A stretch of 35,814 nt of DNA. Origin: Escherichia phage P88. The notes below the pieces were generated by a model. The model saw only the letters and a program-made list of their open reading frames with translations, was not told the DNA's origin and ran no database searches. Position numbers and translations under genes: made by a program. Positions 18,186 through 27,599 of the stretch are shown piece by piece (position 1 is the stretch's first letter; every line of letters begins with the position of its first letter). The stretch is from sequence record NC_026014.1, one strand, 5' to 3'.

Positions 18186-18574
18186 GCAACACATTTAAAT
18201 TCAGCAGCCGGAGCGAAAAGAATTTGCAGGGCGTAAATCCTGATCTGGTGAAAGTGACCCGACGGGCACTGGAAATCTCGGAAGTGGATTTTGGTATCAC
18301 CGAAGGGTTGCGCAGCCGTTACCGCCAGAAGCAACTGGTGGCCACGGGTAAGAGCCAGACCATGAACAGCCGCCACCTTACGGGGCATGCCGTGGATGTT
18401 GTGGCTTATATCGGCAGCCAGGTGTCATGGGAATGGCCGCTGTACGAAAAAATCGCAGCAGCATTCAGACAGGCCAGCCGGGAACTGAATATTCCGGTGG
18501 AATGGGGCGGCGACTGGAAGACTCTGAAAGACGGACCGCATTTTCAGTTACCACACGGAGCCTATCCGGCATGA
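18182..18574 (+). CDS. Endolysin, peptidase M15-type zinc endopeptidase (not a P2 K-type lysozyme)
   Basis: 130 aa; SRHLTGHAVDV and WGGDW motifs fit the M15/VanY-like metallopeptidase fold; position between holin and spanins. Confidence 0.8.
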   Translation: MSNTFKFSSRSEKNLQGVNPDLVKVTRRALEISEVDFGITEGLRSRYRQKQLVATGKSQTMNSRHLTGHAVDVVAYIGSQVSWEWPLYEKIAAAFRQASRELNIPVEWGGDWKTLKDGPHFQLPHGAYPA

Positions 18575-18978
18575 AGCTCTGGCCCACGCTTGGCGTCGCT
18601 TTCCTTCTGATTGCCGGATGGGGAACATCCATGCGTCTGTCGTGGTCGCTGGGCCGGGAGAACGCCAGAAACGAAGCGCAGGCCAGCACCCTGAAAAGTA
18701 CCGCCGACACCCTGAATATCATCAGCGCCAGGGTACAGGATATGCAACAGGTGCTGGCGCAACTCCGCGTGGAAAATCAGCAACGCAATCAGGACGGAGA
18801 GGTAAGACGTGAACAGCTACGCAACGATATTGCAAAAGATGAATGCGCCCACGCTTTGCCTGACGCTCGTTTTACTGACAGGTTGCGCAGGCACGCAGAA
18901 CGCGCCACGGCCAGCGCCGTCAGTCCGGCTTATACCGCAGACGCTGACCATACCGGTAACGCCTCCCCCCTTCCCTAA
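18571..18978 (+). CDS. Inner-membrane spanin (Rz / LysB-like)
   Basis: 135 aa from the ATG overlapping the endolysin stop; N-terminal TM helix then charged coiled-coil region; o-spanin gene overlaps its 3' end in another frame. Confidence 0.7.
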   Translation: MKLWPTLGVAFLLIAGWGTSMRLSWSLGRENARNEAQASTLKSTADTLNIISARVQDMQQVLAQLRVENQQRNQDGEVRREQLRNDIAKDECAHALPDARFTDRLRRHAERATASAVSPAYTADADHTGNASPLP

Positions 18979-19129
18979 CACTCCCACATGGGGAAATCTC
19001 GGTATATGGGGCGACCGCCTTCTGGATGCACTGGAAACCTGTAACGCGGATAAACGGGCCATTGAATTACTGGAACAGCGCAGGCTGCAACGACTGAACA
19101 ACGAGGACAACAACCATGCTGAAAACTGA
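18809..19129 (+). CDS. Outer-membrane lipoprotein spanin (Rz1 / LysC-like)
   Basis: Signal peptide with lipobox LLTGC then Pro-rich region; alternative start at the internal ATG 18839. Confidence 0.65.
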   Translation: MNSYATILQKMNAPTLCLTLVLLTGCAGTQNAPRPAPSVRLIPQTLTIPVTPPPFPNTPTWGNLGIWGDRLLDALETCNADKRAIELLEQRRLQRLNNEDNNHAEN

Positions 19130-19583
19130 TTCCCTGCGTGAAGCCATGACCCGTTCATGCCGATGGTGTCAGGCCAACCCGGAAAAATTCACCATTTTCG
19201 TGGAGAGCGGCAACATTGAAACGACAGGAGAAACCCCATCGTTTGTTTACCGCTATCAGATGGTGATGTTTGTCATGGATTACGCCGGGGAGCTGGATGA
19301 CCTCACGCTGCCGCTGCTGGCGTGGTTATCCGAAAATCAGCCACAGTTGTTGCTCAACCCTGAGCGTAATCAGGACATCAAATTCTCCGCCGTTATCAAT
19401 GACGATGACAGCGCCGATCTCCTGTTTACGCTCCCCCTGCGGGAACGCGTTCGCATCACGCGCAGCAGTCAGGGCACACCGCAGGCAGAACACCTGCCGG
19501 AGCCAAAACCCCGCCTGCCCTCTTCCGAAGGCGACTGGTCGCATGTATTCCAGGATGTGACGTGGGGTGAAAGCGATGGATAA
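19116..19583 (+). CDS. R: Tail completion protein R (P2 gpR-like)
   Basis: 155 aa, same length and position as P2 R. Confidence 0.82.
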   Translation: MLKTDSLREAMTRSCRWCQANPEKFTIFVESGNIETTGETPSFVYRYQMVMFVMDYAGELDDLTLPLLAWLSENQPQLLLNPERNQDIKFSAVINDDDSADLLFTLPLRERVRITRSSQGTPQAEHLPEPKPRLPSSEGDWSHVFQDVTWGESDG

Positions 19584-20211
19584 GGCATTCACACGCGTGG
19601 ATGAAACCTTTGAGGCCATCCGCGACAGCCTGAATCAGCAGGCCATCAATAACATCGCCAGAAAGCTGGCACAGGATTTACGCCGCGCCCAGCAGGCGCG
19701 TATCCGGTCACAGAAAGCGCCGGACGGGACCGCGTGGACACCACGCAGACGCCGCGTAACCCGGATACAGGAACGCATTCGCTTTATCTGGAATAACGAA
19801 GCACGCACGCTGAAAAACTGGCATCACGACACGGGGAAATACGGGCGAACCATTACCGGGTGGGATGAGGATAAAAACAATATCCGCACGTTTTACCGGG
19901 ATGACATCGACCGTTTTCTGGAAATACGCACCCGGCGCATCAACCAGGACAGCACAAAGCGCGTCCCCATGTTCGTAAAACTGCGCACCGCCCGCTACCT
20001 GAAAGCCCGTGCAGATGCTTCCGGTGTGACGGTGGGTTACAGCGGCGTGGCCGCACGTATTGCCCGCGTTCATCAGTTCGGTGAGCGCGATCAGGTTGCG
20101 CCGGGCATTTTCACCGATTACCCGGTACGTGAGCTGCTGGGTATCAGCCAGGCAGATGAGCGCCTGATTTATAACACGGTGCTGGGCCGGATTGCGGAGG
20201 CTGTACGGTGA
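19567..20211 (+). CDS. S: Tail completion / virion morphogenesis protein S (P2 gpS-like)
   Basis: 214 aa, longer than P2 S (150 aa); position between R and V; start could be the ATG at 19576. Confidence 0.8.
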   Translation: MKAMDKAFTRVDETFEAIRDSLNQQAINNIARKLAQDLRRAQQARIRSQKAPDGTAWTPRRRRVTRIQERIRFIWNNEARTLKNWHHDTGKYGRTITGWDEDKNNIRTFYRDDIDRFLEIRTRRINQDSTKRVPMFVKLRTARYLKARADASGVTVGYSGVAARIARVHQFGERDQVAPGIFTDYPVRELLGISQADERLIYNTVLGRIAEAVR

Positions 20212-20789
20212 GCGCAGAACTCATGCGACTGCTGAGCAATATCATCCGCACCGGGATCATCTCTGAAGTTGATGAGAAGTCCTGGCGCGTGCGCGTTCGC
20301 AGCGGCGAACTGGAAACAGGCTGGTTGCGCTGGAACACCACGCGCGCGGGAGCCTTCAATGTGTGGCTGCCGCCATCACCAGGCGAACAGGTGGTAATTG
20401 CCTGCATTGGCGGCAACCCGGAAACCGCCATGATAATTGGCAGCCTGTGGAGTGATGCCAGTCCGGCACCCGGCAAAAGCCTGAAAGAAATCGTGATCAG
20501 CGCGCCGGACGGCGCGGTGTTCCGCTACGACGCGGACGCTGGCGCACTGAGCGCCAGCGGCATGAAAACGGCCACTTTACAGGCATCCGTCAGCGTGACA
20601 CTGGATACGCCCGTCGTGGAATGCACAAACCTTCTGAGAACGGCGACGCTTGACGTCACAAAAGGAGGAAAGATGAGCGGCAATATCACGCACAGCGGCG
20701 GCGACTTCACCTCAAACGGCATTACCGTGCATACGCATAAACACGGTGGCGTGAAAGGCGGCAGCGATTCGACAGGAGGCCCGCAGTGA
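20208..20789 (+). CDS. V: Baseplate spike/assembly protein V (P2 gpV-like)
   Basis: 193 aa; Gly-rich C-terminus HTHKHGGVKGGSDSTGGPQ typical of gpV spikes; overlaps S stop. Confidence 0.88.
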   Translation: MSAELMRLLSNIIRTGIISEVDEKSWRVRVRSGELETGWLRWNTTRAGAFNVWLPPSPGEQVVIACIGGNPETAMIIGSLWSDASPAPGKSLKEIVISAPDGAVFRYDADAGALSASGMKTATLQASVSVTLDTPVVECTNLLRTATLDVTKGGKMSGNITHSGGDFTSNGITVHTHKHGGVKGGSDSTGGPQ

Positions 20790-21136
20790 CAACCCGCTAC
20801 ACAGGAATGAATCCGGACGGGACGGGAAACCTGAACGATATGGAGCACCTGAAACAGTCAGTCAGGGATATCCTGACCACCCCGCTGGCAAGCCGGGTTA
20901 TGCGACGGGAATATGGCAGCCTTGTGCCTGATTTGATTGACGAACCCATGAATAACACCACGCGTCTGCAATGCATGAGTGCTGCCGTGATTGCGCTGAC
21001 ACGATGGGAACCCCGCATTGCCCTGGATGCCATCGACGTTGTCTGGAAAGCGGGAGGCCGCGCCGGGGTGACGCTGTCGGGCACTGTCATGCAGACCATG
21101 CAGAATGTTGAATTAACCATCACGCTAAGGGAGTAA
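20786..21136 (+). CDS. W: Baseplate wedge protein W (GPW/gp25 family)
   Basis: 116 aa; DMEHLKQSVRDILTTPLASRVMRREYGS matches the gp25/GPW family pattern. Confidence 0.88.
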   Translation: MTTRYTGMNPDGTGNLNDMEHLKQSVRDILTTPLASRVMRREYGSLVPDLIDEPMNNTTRLQCMSAAVIALTRWEPRIALDAIDVVWKAGGRAGVTLSGTVMQTMQNVELTITLRE

Positions 21137-21139
21137 ATC

Positions 21140-22036
21140 ATGCCCGCCGTTGACCTTTCACAGTTACCGGACCCCGCCATCATCGCGGAGCCTGACTTTG
21201 AGGCAATTCTGGCTGACACAAAGGCCATGATGATTGCGGCTTATCCCGCCGAACAGCATGAAGCCGTTTCCGCCGCGCTGGAGCTGGAATCGGAACCCCT
21301 TAACGTTATCGCTCAAACCATGTCGTTTCGTGAAATGCTGTTACGCCAGCGGGTTAACGAGGGGGCACGCGCCTGCATGTTAAGCCACAGCGCCGGGACA
21401 GACCTGGACAACCTCGCGGGCAATATGAACACAAAGCGCCTGGTTATCACTCCGGCAACGGATACCACCGACGCGGTGATGGAGAGCGACACCTCGCTGA
21501 GACTGCGGGCGCAGCGGGCGTACGACGGCCTGAGTGTTGCTGGCCCGTCAGGTGCATACGAGTATTTTGCCCGCAGCGCCAGCGGTCTGGTGCGTGATGC
21601 GCGGGCTATCAGTCCGTCTCCGGCAAATGTGACGGTTTCCATTCTGTCCACTGAAGGCGACGGCACAGCAACGGAGGCGTTGCTTAATACCGTTCGCGCC
21701 GTTCTGAATGCAGAGGACACCCGCCCGGTGGCCGACCGCCTGACCGTACAGAGCGCCAGCATCGTGACATGGCGGCTGAATGCAAAACTGTACTTTTACC
21801 CCGGTCCGGAATCCGAACCTATTCTGGCTGCGGCGGAATCGTCGTTCAGGAAGTGGCTGGCTGAGCAGGGGCTTATCGGTCAGGACGTGGCGTTGTCCGC
21901 CATTGCTGCCGCACTGCATGTGCACGGTGTGCAACGCGTGGAGATAATCGAACCCACACAGAATATGGCCATCAGCGACATACAGGCGGCGCGCTGTGAG
22001 TCATTCACCATCAGCGAAGGTGGGCGCAATGAGTAA
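21140..22036 (+). CDS. J: Baseplate protein J (P2 gpJ-like)
   Basis: 298 aa in the conserved W-J-I order. Confidence 0.88.
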   Translation: MPAVDLSQLPDPAIIAEPDFEAILADTKAMMIAAYPAEQHEAVSAALELESEPLNVIAQTMSFREMLLRQRVNEGARACMLSHSAGTDLDNLAGNMNTKRLVITPATDTTDAVMESDTSLRLRAQRAYDGLSVAGPSGAYEYFARSASGLVRDARAISPSPANVTVSILSTEGDGTATEALLNTVRAVLNAEDTRPVADRLTVQSASIVTWRLNAKLYFYPGPESEPILAAAESSFRKWLAEQGLIGQDVALSAIAAALHVHGVQRVEIIEPTQNMAISDIQAARCESFTISEGGRNE

Positions 22037-22559
22037 TTCGTTGTTACCACCATCAGCCAGCAATTTCATGCGTTGTGCCGAAGCCGTCGGAACACGCATT
22101 ACAGACATTCCGGTAGACCTCAACACACTGTGGTCGCCGGATACCTGCCCGGTGCACCTGCTGCCTTATCTCGCCTGGGCGTTTTCCGTTGACCGCTGGG
22201 ATCGCAACTGGCCGGAAGAGACAAAGCGACAGGTTATTCGTGATGCATGGCTGATACACCGACACAAAGGGACCATCAGCGCACTGCGCCGGGCCATTGA
22301 GCCGCTGGGATACCTCATTCGCGTGTCTGAGTGGTGGGAGTTCGGCGGAGAACCGGGAACATTTACCGTTGAAGTCGGCACGCTGGACAGTGGCGTGACG
22401 GAGGAAATGTATCTGGAAATGGAGCGGTTGATTGCTGATGCCCGCCCGGTCAGCCGCCACATGACAGGGCTGAATATCATTCAGGAAATTCCGGGGGATA
22501 TTTTCGCAGCGGCGGCAACTTATGACGGTGAAGTTATTACCATTTATCCAGGCGATTAA
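22029..22559 (+). CDS. I: Baseplate protein I (P2 gpI-like)
   Basis: Start at the internal ATG overlapping the J 3' end; WSPDTCPVHLLPYLAWAFSVDRWD...HRHKGTISALRRAIEPLGY...MERLIADARPVSRH parallels P2 gpI. Confidence 0.85.
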   Translation: MSNSLLPPSASNFMRCAEAVGTRITDIPVDLNTLWSPDTCPVHLLPYLAWAFSVDRWDRNWPEETKRQVIRDAWLIHRHKGTISALRRAIEPLGYLIRVSEWWEFGGEPGTFTVEVGTLDSGVTEEMYLEMERLIADARPVSRHMTGLNIIQEIPGDIFAAAATYDGEVITIYPGD

Positions 22560-22561
22560 GC

Positions 22562-24856
22562 ATGAGTACCACAACACGAAAATTTAAAACCGTTATCACC
22601 GATACGGGTGCAAAAAAATTAGCTCAGGCAGCCGCGCCAGATGGTAAGCCTGTCCGCCTGACTCATATGGCAGTGGGCGACGGTGGCGGCACGTTGCCCA
22701 CACCAGACAGTAAGCAGACCCGTCTGGTGCATGAGGTGTGGCGACATACTGTTAATCGCGTCATCCTGGACGCAACACATCAGAACCGCATTATTGCGGA
22801 GCTGGTTATTCCTCCTGAAACGGGCGGATTCTGGATCCGGGAAATTGGTGTATTTGATGAGCACGGCGATTTAATCGCGGTGGGAAATACTGCCGAAAGT
22901 TACAAGCCAGCCGTTGCCGAAGGGTCCGGTCGTGCACAAACATTTCGCACCATTCTGACCGTATCCAGCACTGCCACCGTGGCGCTTACCGTGGATAACA
23001 CCATGGTGATGGCCACAGTGGATTACGTGGATGACAAACTGAAAGAGCATGAACAGTCACGACGTCACCCGGACGCCTCGCTGACCGCAAAAGGCTTTGT
23101 TCAACTCAGTAGCGCCACTAACAGCGTGTCTGAAACGCAGGCTGCAACGCCGAAAGCAGTAAAGGCCGCGTATGATCTTGCTAACGGTAAATATACTGCG
23201 CAGGATGCCAGCACGACGCGAAAAGGCCTTGTCCAGCTCAGTAGCGCCACCAACAGCACGTCTGAAACGCAGGCTGCAACGCCGAAAGCAGTAAAGGCCG
23301 CGTATGACCTTGCTAACGCAAAATATACCGCTCAGGACGCTACGACGGCACAAAAAGGGATAGTCCAGCTCAGTAGTGCCACCAACAGCACGTCTGAAAC
23401 ACTGGCCGCGACATCGAAAGCGGTTAAGGCGGTAATGGATGAAACGAACAAGAAAGCGCCCTTAAACAGTCCTGCGTTGACCGGAACGCCAACAACGCCA
23501 ACTGCGCGACAGGGAACGAATAATACCCAAATCGCAAGCACGGCTTTCGTTATGGCTGCGATTGCCGCCCTTGTAGATTCGTCACCTGACGCACTGAATA
23601 CGCTGAACGAGTTAGCGGCGGCGCTGGGAAACGACCCGAATTTTGCGACCACCATGACTAACGCGCTTGCGGGTAAGCAACCGAAAGATGCCACCCTGAC
23701 GGCGCTGGCCGGGCTTGCTACTGCGGCAGACAAGTTTCCGTATTTTACGGGGAATGATGTCGCCAGCCTGGCAACCCTGACAAAAGTCGGGCGGGATATT
23801 CTTGCGAAATCGACCGTTGCTGCCGTTATCGAATACCTCGGTTTACAGGAAACGGTAAACAGGGCTGGTAACGCCGTGCAAAAAAATGGCGATACCTTAT
23901 CCGGTGGGCTTACTTTTGAAAACGACTCAATCCTTGCCTGGATTCGAAATACTGACTGGGCAAAGATTGGTTTTAAAAATGATGCCGATAGCGATACTGA
24001 TTCATACATGTGGTTTGAAACAGGCGACAACGGCAATGAATATTTCAAATGGAGAAGCAAACAAAGCACCACAACAAAAGACCTGATGAATCTTAAATGG
24101 GATGCTTTGTCTGTTCTTGTTAAAGCCCTTTTCAGCAGTGAAGTAAAAATATCGACAGTCAATGCACTGAGGATATTTAATTCATCTTTTGGTGCCATTT
24201 TTCGCCGTTCTGAAGAATGCCTGCATATCATCCCTACACGAGAGAATGAGGGGGAAAATGGCGATATAGGGCCGCTACGCCCCTTTACGCTTAATCTCAG
24301 AACTGGTCGCATAAATATGGGGCATGGTCTGGATGTTACAGGAGATATAACAACTAACGCATGGGTGTACGCAAACCGCCTTGCAATTAACAGCAGCACA
24401 GGCATGTGGATTCATATGCGTGACCAGAATGTTATTTTTGGACGTAATGCGGTATCCACTGATGGTGCTCAGGCTTTGCTCCGTCAGGACCATGCCGACC
24501 GCAAATTTATGATTGGCGGTCTGGGAAATAAGCAATTTGGCATCTACATGATTAATAACTCAAGGACAGCCAATGGCACCGATGGTCAGGCGTACATGGA
24601 CAATAACGGTAACTGGCTTTGCGGTGCGCAAATTATTCCCGGAAATTATGGCAATTTTGACTCACGCTATGTGAGAGATGTCCGACTTGGCACACGTGTT
24701 GTTCAATTGATGGCGCGTGGAGGGCGTTATGAAATAGCCGGACACGCACTTACCGGATTAAGGATTATTGGTGAAGTTGATGGCGATGATGAAGCTATCT
24801 TCAGGCCGATACAAAAATACATCAATGGCATATGGTATAACGTCGCACAGGTGTAA
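22562..24856 (+). CDS. H: Tail fibre protein H; C-terminal third lies in an invertible segment
   Basis: 764 aa; three tandem 44-aa fibre repeats; crossover site at residues 422-430 (VIEYLGLQE); C-terminal ...FRPIQKYINGIWYNVAQV. Confidence 0.93.
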   Translation: MSTTTRKFKTVITDTGAKKLAQAAAPDGKPVRLTHMAVGDGGGTLPTPDSKQTRLVHEVWRHTVNRVILDATHQNRIIAELVIPPETGGFWIREIGVFDEHGDLIAVGNTAESYKPAVAEGSGRAQTFRTILTVSSTATVALTVDNTMVMATVDYVDDKLKEHEQSRRHPDASLTAKGFVQLSSATNSVSETQAATPKAVKAAYDLANGKYTAQDASTTRKGLVQLSSATNSTSETQAATPKAVKAAYDLANAKYTAQDATTAQKGIVQLSSATNSTSETLAATSKAVKAVMDETNKKAPLNSPALTGTPTTPTARQGTNNTQIASTAFVMAAIAALVDSSPDALNTLNELAAALGNDPNFATTMTNALAGKQPKDATLTALAGLATAADKFPYFTGNDVASLATLTKVGRDILAKSTVAAVIEYLGLQETVNRAGNAVQKNGDTLSGGLTFENDSILAWIRNTDWAKIGFKNDADSDTDSYMWFETGDNGNEYFKWRSKQSTTTKDLMNLKWDALSVLVKALFSSEVKISTVNALRIFNSSFGAIFRRSEECLHIIPTRENEGENGDIGPLRPFTLNLRTGRINMGHGLDVTGDITTNAWVYANRLAINSSTGMWIHMRDQNVIFGRNAVSTDGAQALLRQDHADRKFMIGGLGNKQFGIYMINNSRTANGTDGQAYMDNNGNWLCGAQIIPGNYGNFDSRYVRDVRLGTRVVQLMARGGRYEIAGHALTGLRIIGEVDGDDEAIFRPIQKYINGIWYNVAQV
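23090..23440 (+). repeat. Tandem in-frame repeat, about 2.7 copies of 132 bp (44 aa) inside H
   Basis: Repeat unit KG(F/L/I)VQLSSATNS(V/T)SETQAATPKAVKAAYDLAN..YTAQDA occurs at residues 177, 221 and 265. Confidence 0.75.
23826..23851. repeat. Left crossover site of the invertible segment (gix/hix/cix-like, 26 bp)
   Basis: TTATCGAATACCTCGGTTTACAGGAA; near-exact inverted repeat of the site at 26897..26922 (23 of 26 after reverse-complementing). Confidence 0.75.
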
Positions 24857-24859
24857 ATT

Positions 24860-25387
24860 ATGCAGCATTTAAAAAATATTAAGTCTGGAAATCCAAAAAC
24901 AAAAGAACAATATCAGCTAACAAAGAATTTTGATGTTATCTGGTTATGGTCCGAAGACGGAAAAAACTGGTATGAGGAAGTGAAAAACTTTCAGCCAGAC
25001 ACAATAAAGATTGTTTACGATGCAAATAATATTATTGTCGCCATCACCAAAGATGCCTCCACGCTTAACCCTGAAGGTTATAGCGTCGTTGAGGTTCCTG
25101 ATATTACAGCTAATCGTCGTGCTGATGATTCCGGTAAGTGGATGTTTAAGGACGGAGCTGTGGTTAAACGGATTTATACGGCAGACGAGCAACAACAACA
25201 GGCCGAATCACAAAAGGCCGCGTTACTTTCCGAAGCAGAAAACGTTATTCAGCCACTGGAACGCGCTGTCAGGCTGAATATGGCGACGGATGAGGAACGC
25301 GCACGACTGGAGTCATGGGAACGCTATAGTGTTCTGGTCAGCCGTGTGGATACGGCAAATCCTGAATGGCCACAAAAGCCTGAATAA
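24860..25387 (+). CDS. G: Tail fibre assembly chaperone (P2 gpG-like)
   Basis: 175 aa immediately after H; N-terminal [24 protein letters not shown]... of the Tfa family. Confidence 0.9.
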   Translation: MQHLKNIKSGNPKTKEQYQLTKNFDVIWLWSEDGKNWYEEVKNFQPDTIKIVYDANNIIVAITKDASTLNPEGYSVVEVPDITANRRADDSGKWMFKDGAVVKRIYTADEQQQQAESQKAALLSEAENVIQPLERAVRLNMATDEERARLESWERYSVLVSRVDTANPEWPQKPE

Positions 25388-25415
25388 AAATTAAGGCCCG
25401 ATAGCGGGCCTTGTT

Positions 25416-25949
25416 TCATTCTGGTTGTTCTGGAAACGTTACTGGCAGGCTGGAGGTGTCTGTGGATTCGACCTTCTGCGCATAGAGCATCCACTCGGTT
25501 AATTTTTGTTTATTCTCGTCGGGAATGATACCCAGCCGTAGCTGTGAGTCCCATAGCTGGGTTTTATCCCTGACAAGTTGCAACAGGCTTTGCTTTTCAT
25601 TCTCTGCCTGCTGCCTCTGTTCCTCCTCGGTATAAGTTCGCTTTATCACTACGCCATCTTTGAACATCCATTTACCCGAAATATCAGCCCGGCGATTTGC
25701 TGTAATATCAGGTAATTCAACGACGCTTGCGCCTTCCGGATTAATTGCTGAAACATCCTTTTCAATACAAATAATAACGCCGTTATGGTCATAGACCATT
25801 TTCAAAGTGTCTGGCTGGAAATTCTTTTGTTCCTCATACCAGTTTTTTCCATCATCTGAATAAAGCCATTTGATGTTAAATTGCTTTGTTAGCTGGTATT
25901 GCTCTTTTGTTTTAGGGTTGCCAGCAGTAATGTTTTTTAAGTGCATCAT
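25416..25949 (-). CDS. Alternative tail fibre assembly chaperone (G')
   Basis: 177 aa; N-terminal half almost identical to G, divergent C-terminal half; convergent with G. Confidence 0.9.
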   Translation of the reverse strand: MMHLKNITAGNPKTKEQYQLTKQFNIKWLYSDDGKNWYEEQKNFQPDTLKMVYDHNGVIICIEKDVSAINPEGASVVELPDITANRRADISGKWMFKDGVVIKRTYTEEEQRQQAENEKQSLLQLVRDKTQLWDSQLRLGIIPDENKQKLTEWMLYAQKVESTDTSSLPVTFPEQPE

Positions 25950-25951
25950 CG

Positions 25952-26914
25952 TTAAATACTCCCCGCGTTATACCACGTCCCATTAATGCAATACTGAATT
26001 GGCCTTGCCTGAGTTGTATCAATTAATTCATCACGGTTTCCGTTAACTGAACCCGTAACGACATAACCTGACCTGTCAGACCAGCCGGGGCCATTCCATG
26101 TCTGAACAGATGACAGACCGCCAAGGCGAATACCTGTAATAAACCTTGAGTTACATTCTGCCTGCGTGTATGCACCAACATCTCCCGCAGAGGGTTTGCG
26201 GGTCGTGGTGTAAAACTCTGACCAGTCAGCCTCAAATCCATAACCATCACGCGCTGAACGATAAAAAATACCGCCGTTCCTGTAATTCACGCGGAACTGT
26301 ACAGCAGGGCAGCTCCCCGTATTCATATTGAAGTGGAGGATTAATGTCGATGCGCCACCAATGTTTGCGTTATAGACCCCGCTATTCCAGTTCCAGCCAA
26401 CAGCTTTATCATTTCCGACAGTGCTTCCTGTTTGCCCTAAAGCAAATGCAGGTTGTTGATTTTTCGTGTTGTAGTCTCGTCGCCAGCCAGGAGCATAAGC
26501 ATCACCATGATTAATATAAGTGAATTGAGCGTTAGTAATTCCGCCACCGCTGGACGTGCTCGGCGTGGTAACGCGTATGGTCATTGCGCCGCGAGTGCCA
26601 ATAACTTCCACCACAGCACCTGCAAGACAAATATTTCCGCAACCTGTATCTGTAATGACCTTATTATTTGCATAAGCCCATGAGCCTTTGCACATCCAGT
26701 AAGGATGGTTAAATGCTCCCTGACTCTCCAGCCACGAAATAAATTGCGCGGTTGTCCAGACCTGACTATCGCCACCAATATTCAGCCATGCGCTATATGC
26801 GCGGCAGGCCCCAATATTTTTGGTGAAGGTATCTTTTCCCGGAATATCTGCGCCGTTCTGGTTTTTCTGTAATGCGCCAGAAGCCTGATTTACCGTTTCC
26901 TGTAAACCGAGGTT
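25952..26914 (-). other. Alternative tail-fibre C-terminal segment (Hv'), start-less, fused to H after inversion
   Basis: Minus-strand frame is open from the right crossover site; my translation reads NLGLQETVNQASGALQKNQNG... across the site, matching H at YLGLQETVNRAGNAVQKNG; ends ...RPIQYCINGTWYNAGSI like H. Confidence 0.75.
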
Positions 26915-26922
26915 TTAGATAA
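26897..26922. repeat. Right crossover site of the invertible segment (gix/hix/cix-like, 26 bp)
   Basis: TTCCTGTAAACCGAGGTTTTAGATAA, about 55 bp upstream of the invertase start; close to the Gin/Hin site consensus as I recall it. Confidence 0.75.
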
Positions 26923-26976
26923 TGGCCGTTTCTGACCTGCATGGCATGATTTACGCTTTTGGACGGGAGATTCAGC

Positions 26977-27564
26977 GTGCTGATTGGCTATGTAAGGGTA
27001 TCAACAAATGACCAGAATACAGACCTGCAACGAAACGCTCTTGTTTGTGCAGGATGTGAACAAATATTTGAAGATAAATTAAGCGGGACAAAGACAGACC
27101 GACCGGGATTAAAACGCGCTTTAAAGCGCCTTCAAAAAGGTGACACGCTGGTTGTCTGGAAACTGGATCGCCTCGGGCGAAGCATGAAACATCTGATTTC
27201 TCTCGTCGGGGAACTACGGGAGCGAGGGATTAATTTTCGCAGTCTGACCGACAGCATAGATACATCTTCTCCAATGGGGCGTTTTTTCTTCCACGTGATG
27301 GGTGCCCTGGCTGAAATGGAACGTGAATTAATTGTTGAACGTACACTGGCCGGACTGGCAGCAGCGCGCGCACGGGGGCGCACAGGCGGACGTCGCCCGA
27401 AGCTGACAAAAGAACAGCATGAGCAAATAGCAAGGCTGATTAAAAACGGTCACGACAGAAAACAACTGGCAATAATTTACGGCATTGGTACATCGACGAT
27501 TTATCGTTACCACCCCGCAGGAGAATCAAGCGGAACAATAGAGAAGAGTCAGAAAACAAAATAA
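26977..27564 (+). CDS. Serine DNA invertase (Gin/Cin/Pin/Hin family)
   Basis: From the GTG start the product begins MLIGYVRVSTNDQNTDLQRNAL... (catalytic Ser in VRVSTNDQ), near-identical to the Gin/Pin N-terminus as I recall; C-terminal HTH. The track ORF starts at a TTG at 26959. Confidence 0.9.
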   Translation: MLIGYVRVSTNDQNTDLQRNALVCAGCEQIFEDKLSGTKTDRPGLKRALKRLQKGDTLVVWKLDRLGRSMKHLISLVGELRERGINFRSLTDSIDTSSPMGRFFFHVMGALAEMERELIVERTLAGLAAARARGRTGGRRPKLTKEQHEQIARLIKNGHDRKQLAIIYGIGTSTIYRYHPAGESSGTIEKSQKTK

Positions 27565-27591
27565 CCGCTAATCTGACCATTAGCGGTTTTT
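27565..27591. terminator. Bidirectional intrinsic terminator between invertase and the tail operon
   Basis: Stem CCGCTAAT / ATTAGCGG, T-run on the plus side and A-rich tract upstream (U-run for the minus-strand transcript). Confidence 0.65.
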
Positions 27592-27599
27592 GTGTTAAA

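Larger units (their letters stand above)
23826..26922. other. Invertible tail-fibre host-range segment (Mu G-segment / P1 C-segment type)
   Basis: Bounded by inverted 26-bp crossover sites; holds two convergent sets of fibre C-terminus plus assembly chaperone; serine invertase gene directly adjacent. Confidence 0.8.

Noticed and set aside
23090-23440. Possible CRISPR-like array suggested by regular repeats
   Set aside because: The repeats are 132-bp in-frame coding repeats of the tail fibre with no spacers and no cas genes.
23332-24405. 357-aa ORF on the minus strand inside tail fibre gene H
   Set aside because: Antisense shadow ORF with a low-complexity translation; H on the plus strand has clear homology and repeats.
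26959-26976. TTG start extending the invertase by 6 codons
   Set aside because: Gin/Pin/Hin invertases begin MLIGYVRVSTNDQ, which matches initiation at the GTG at 26977.
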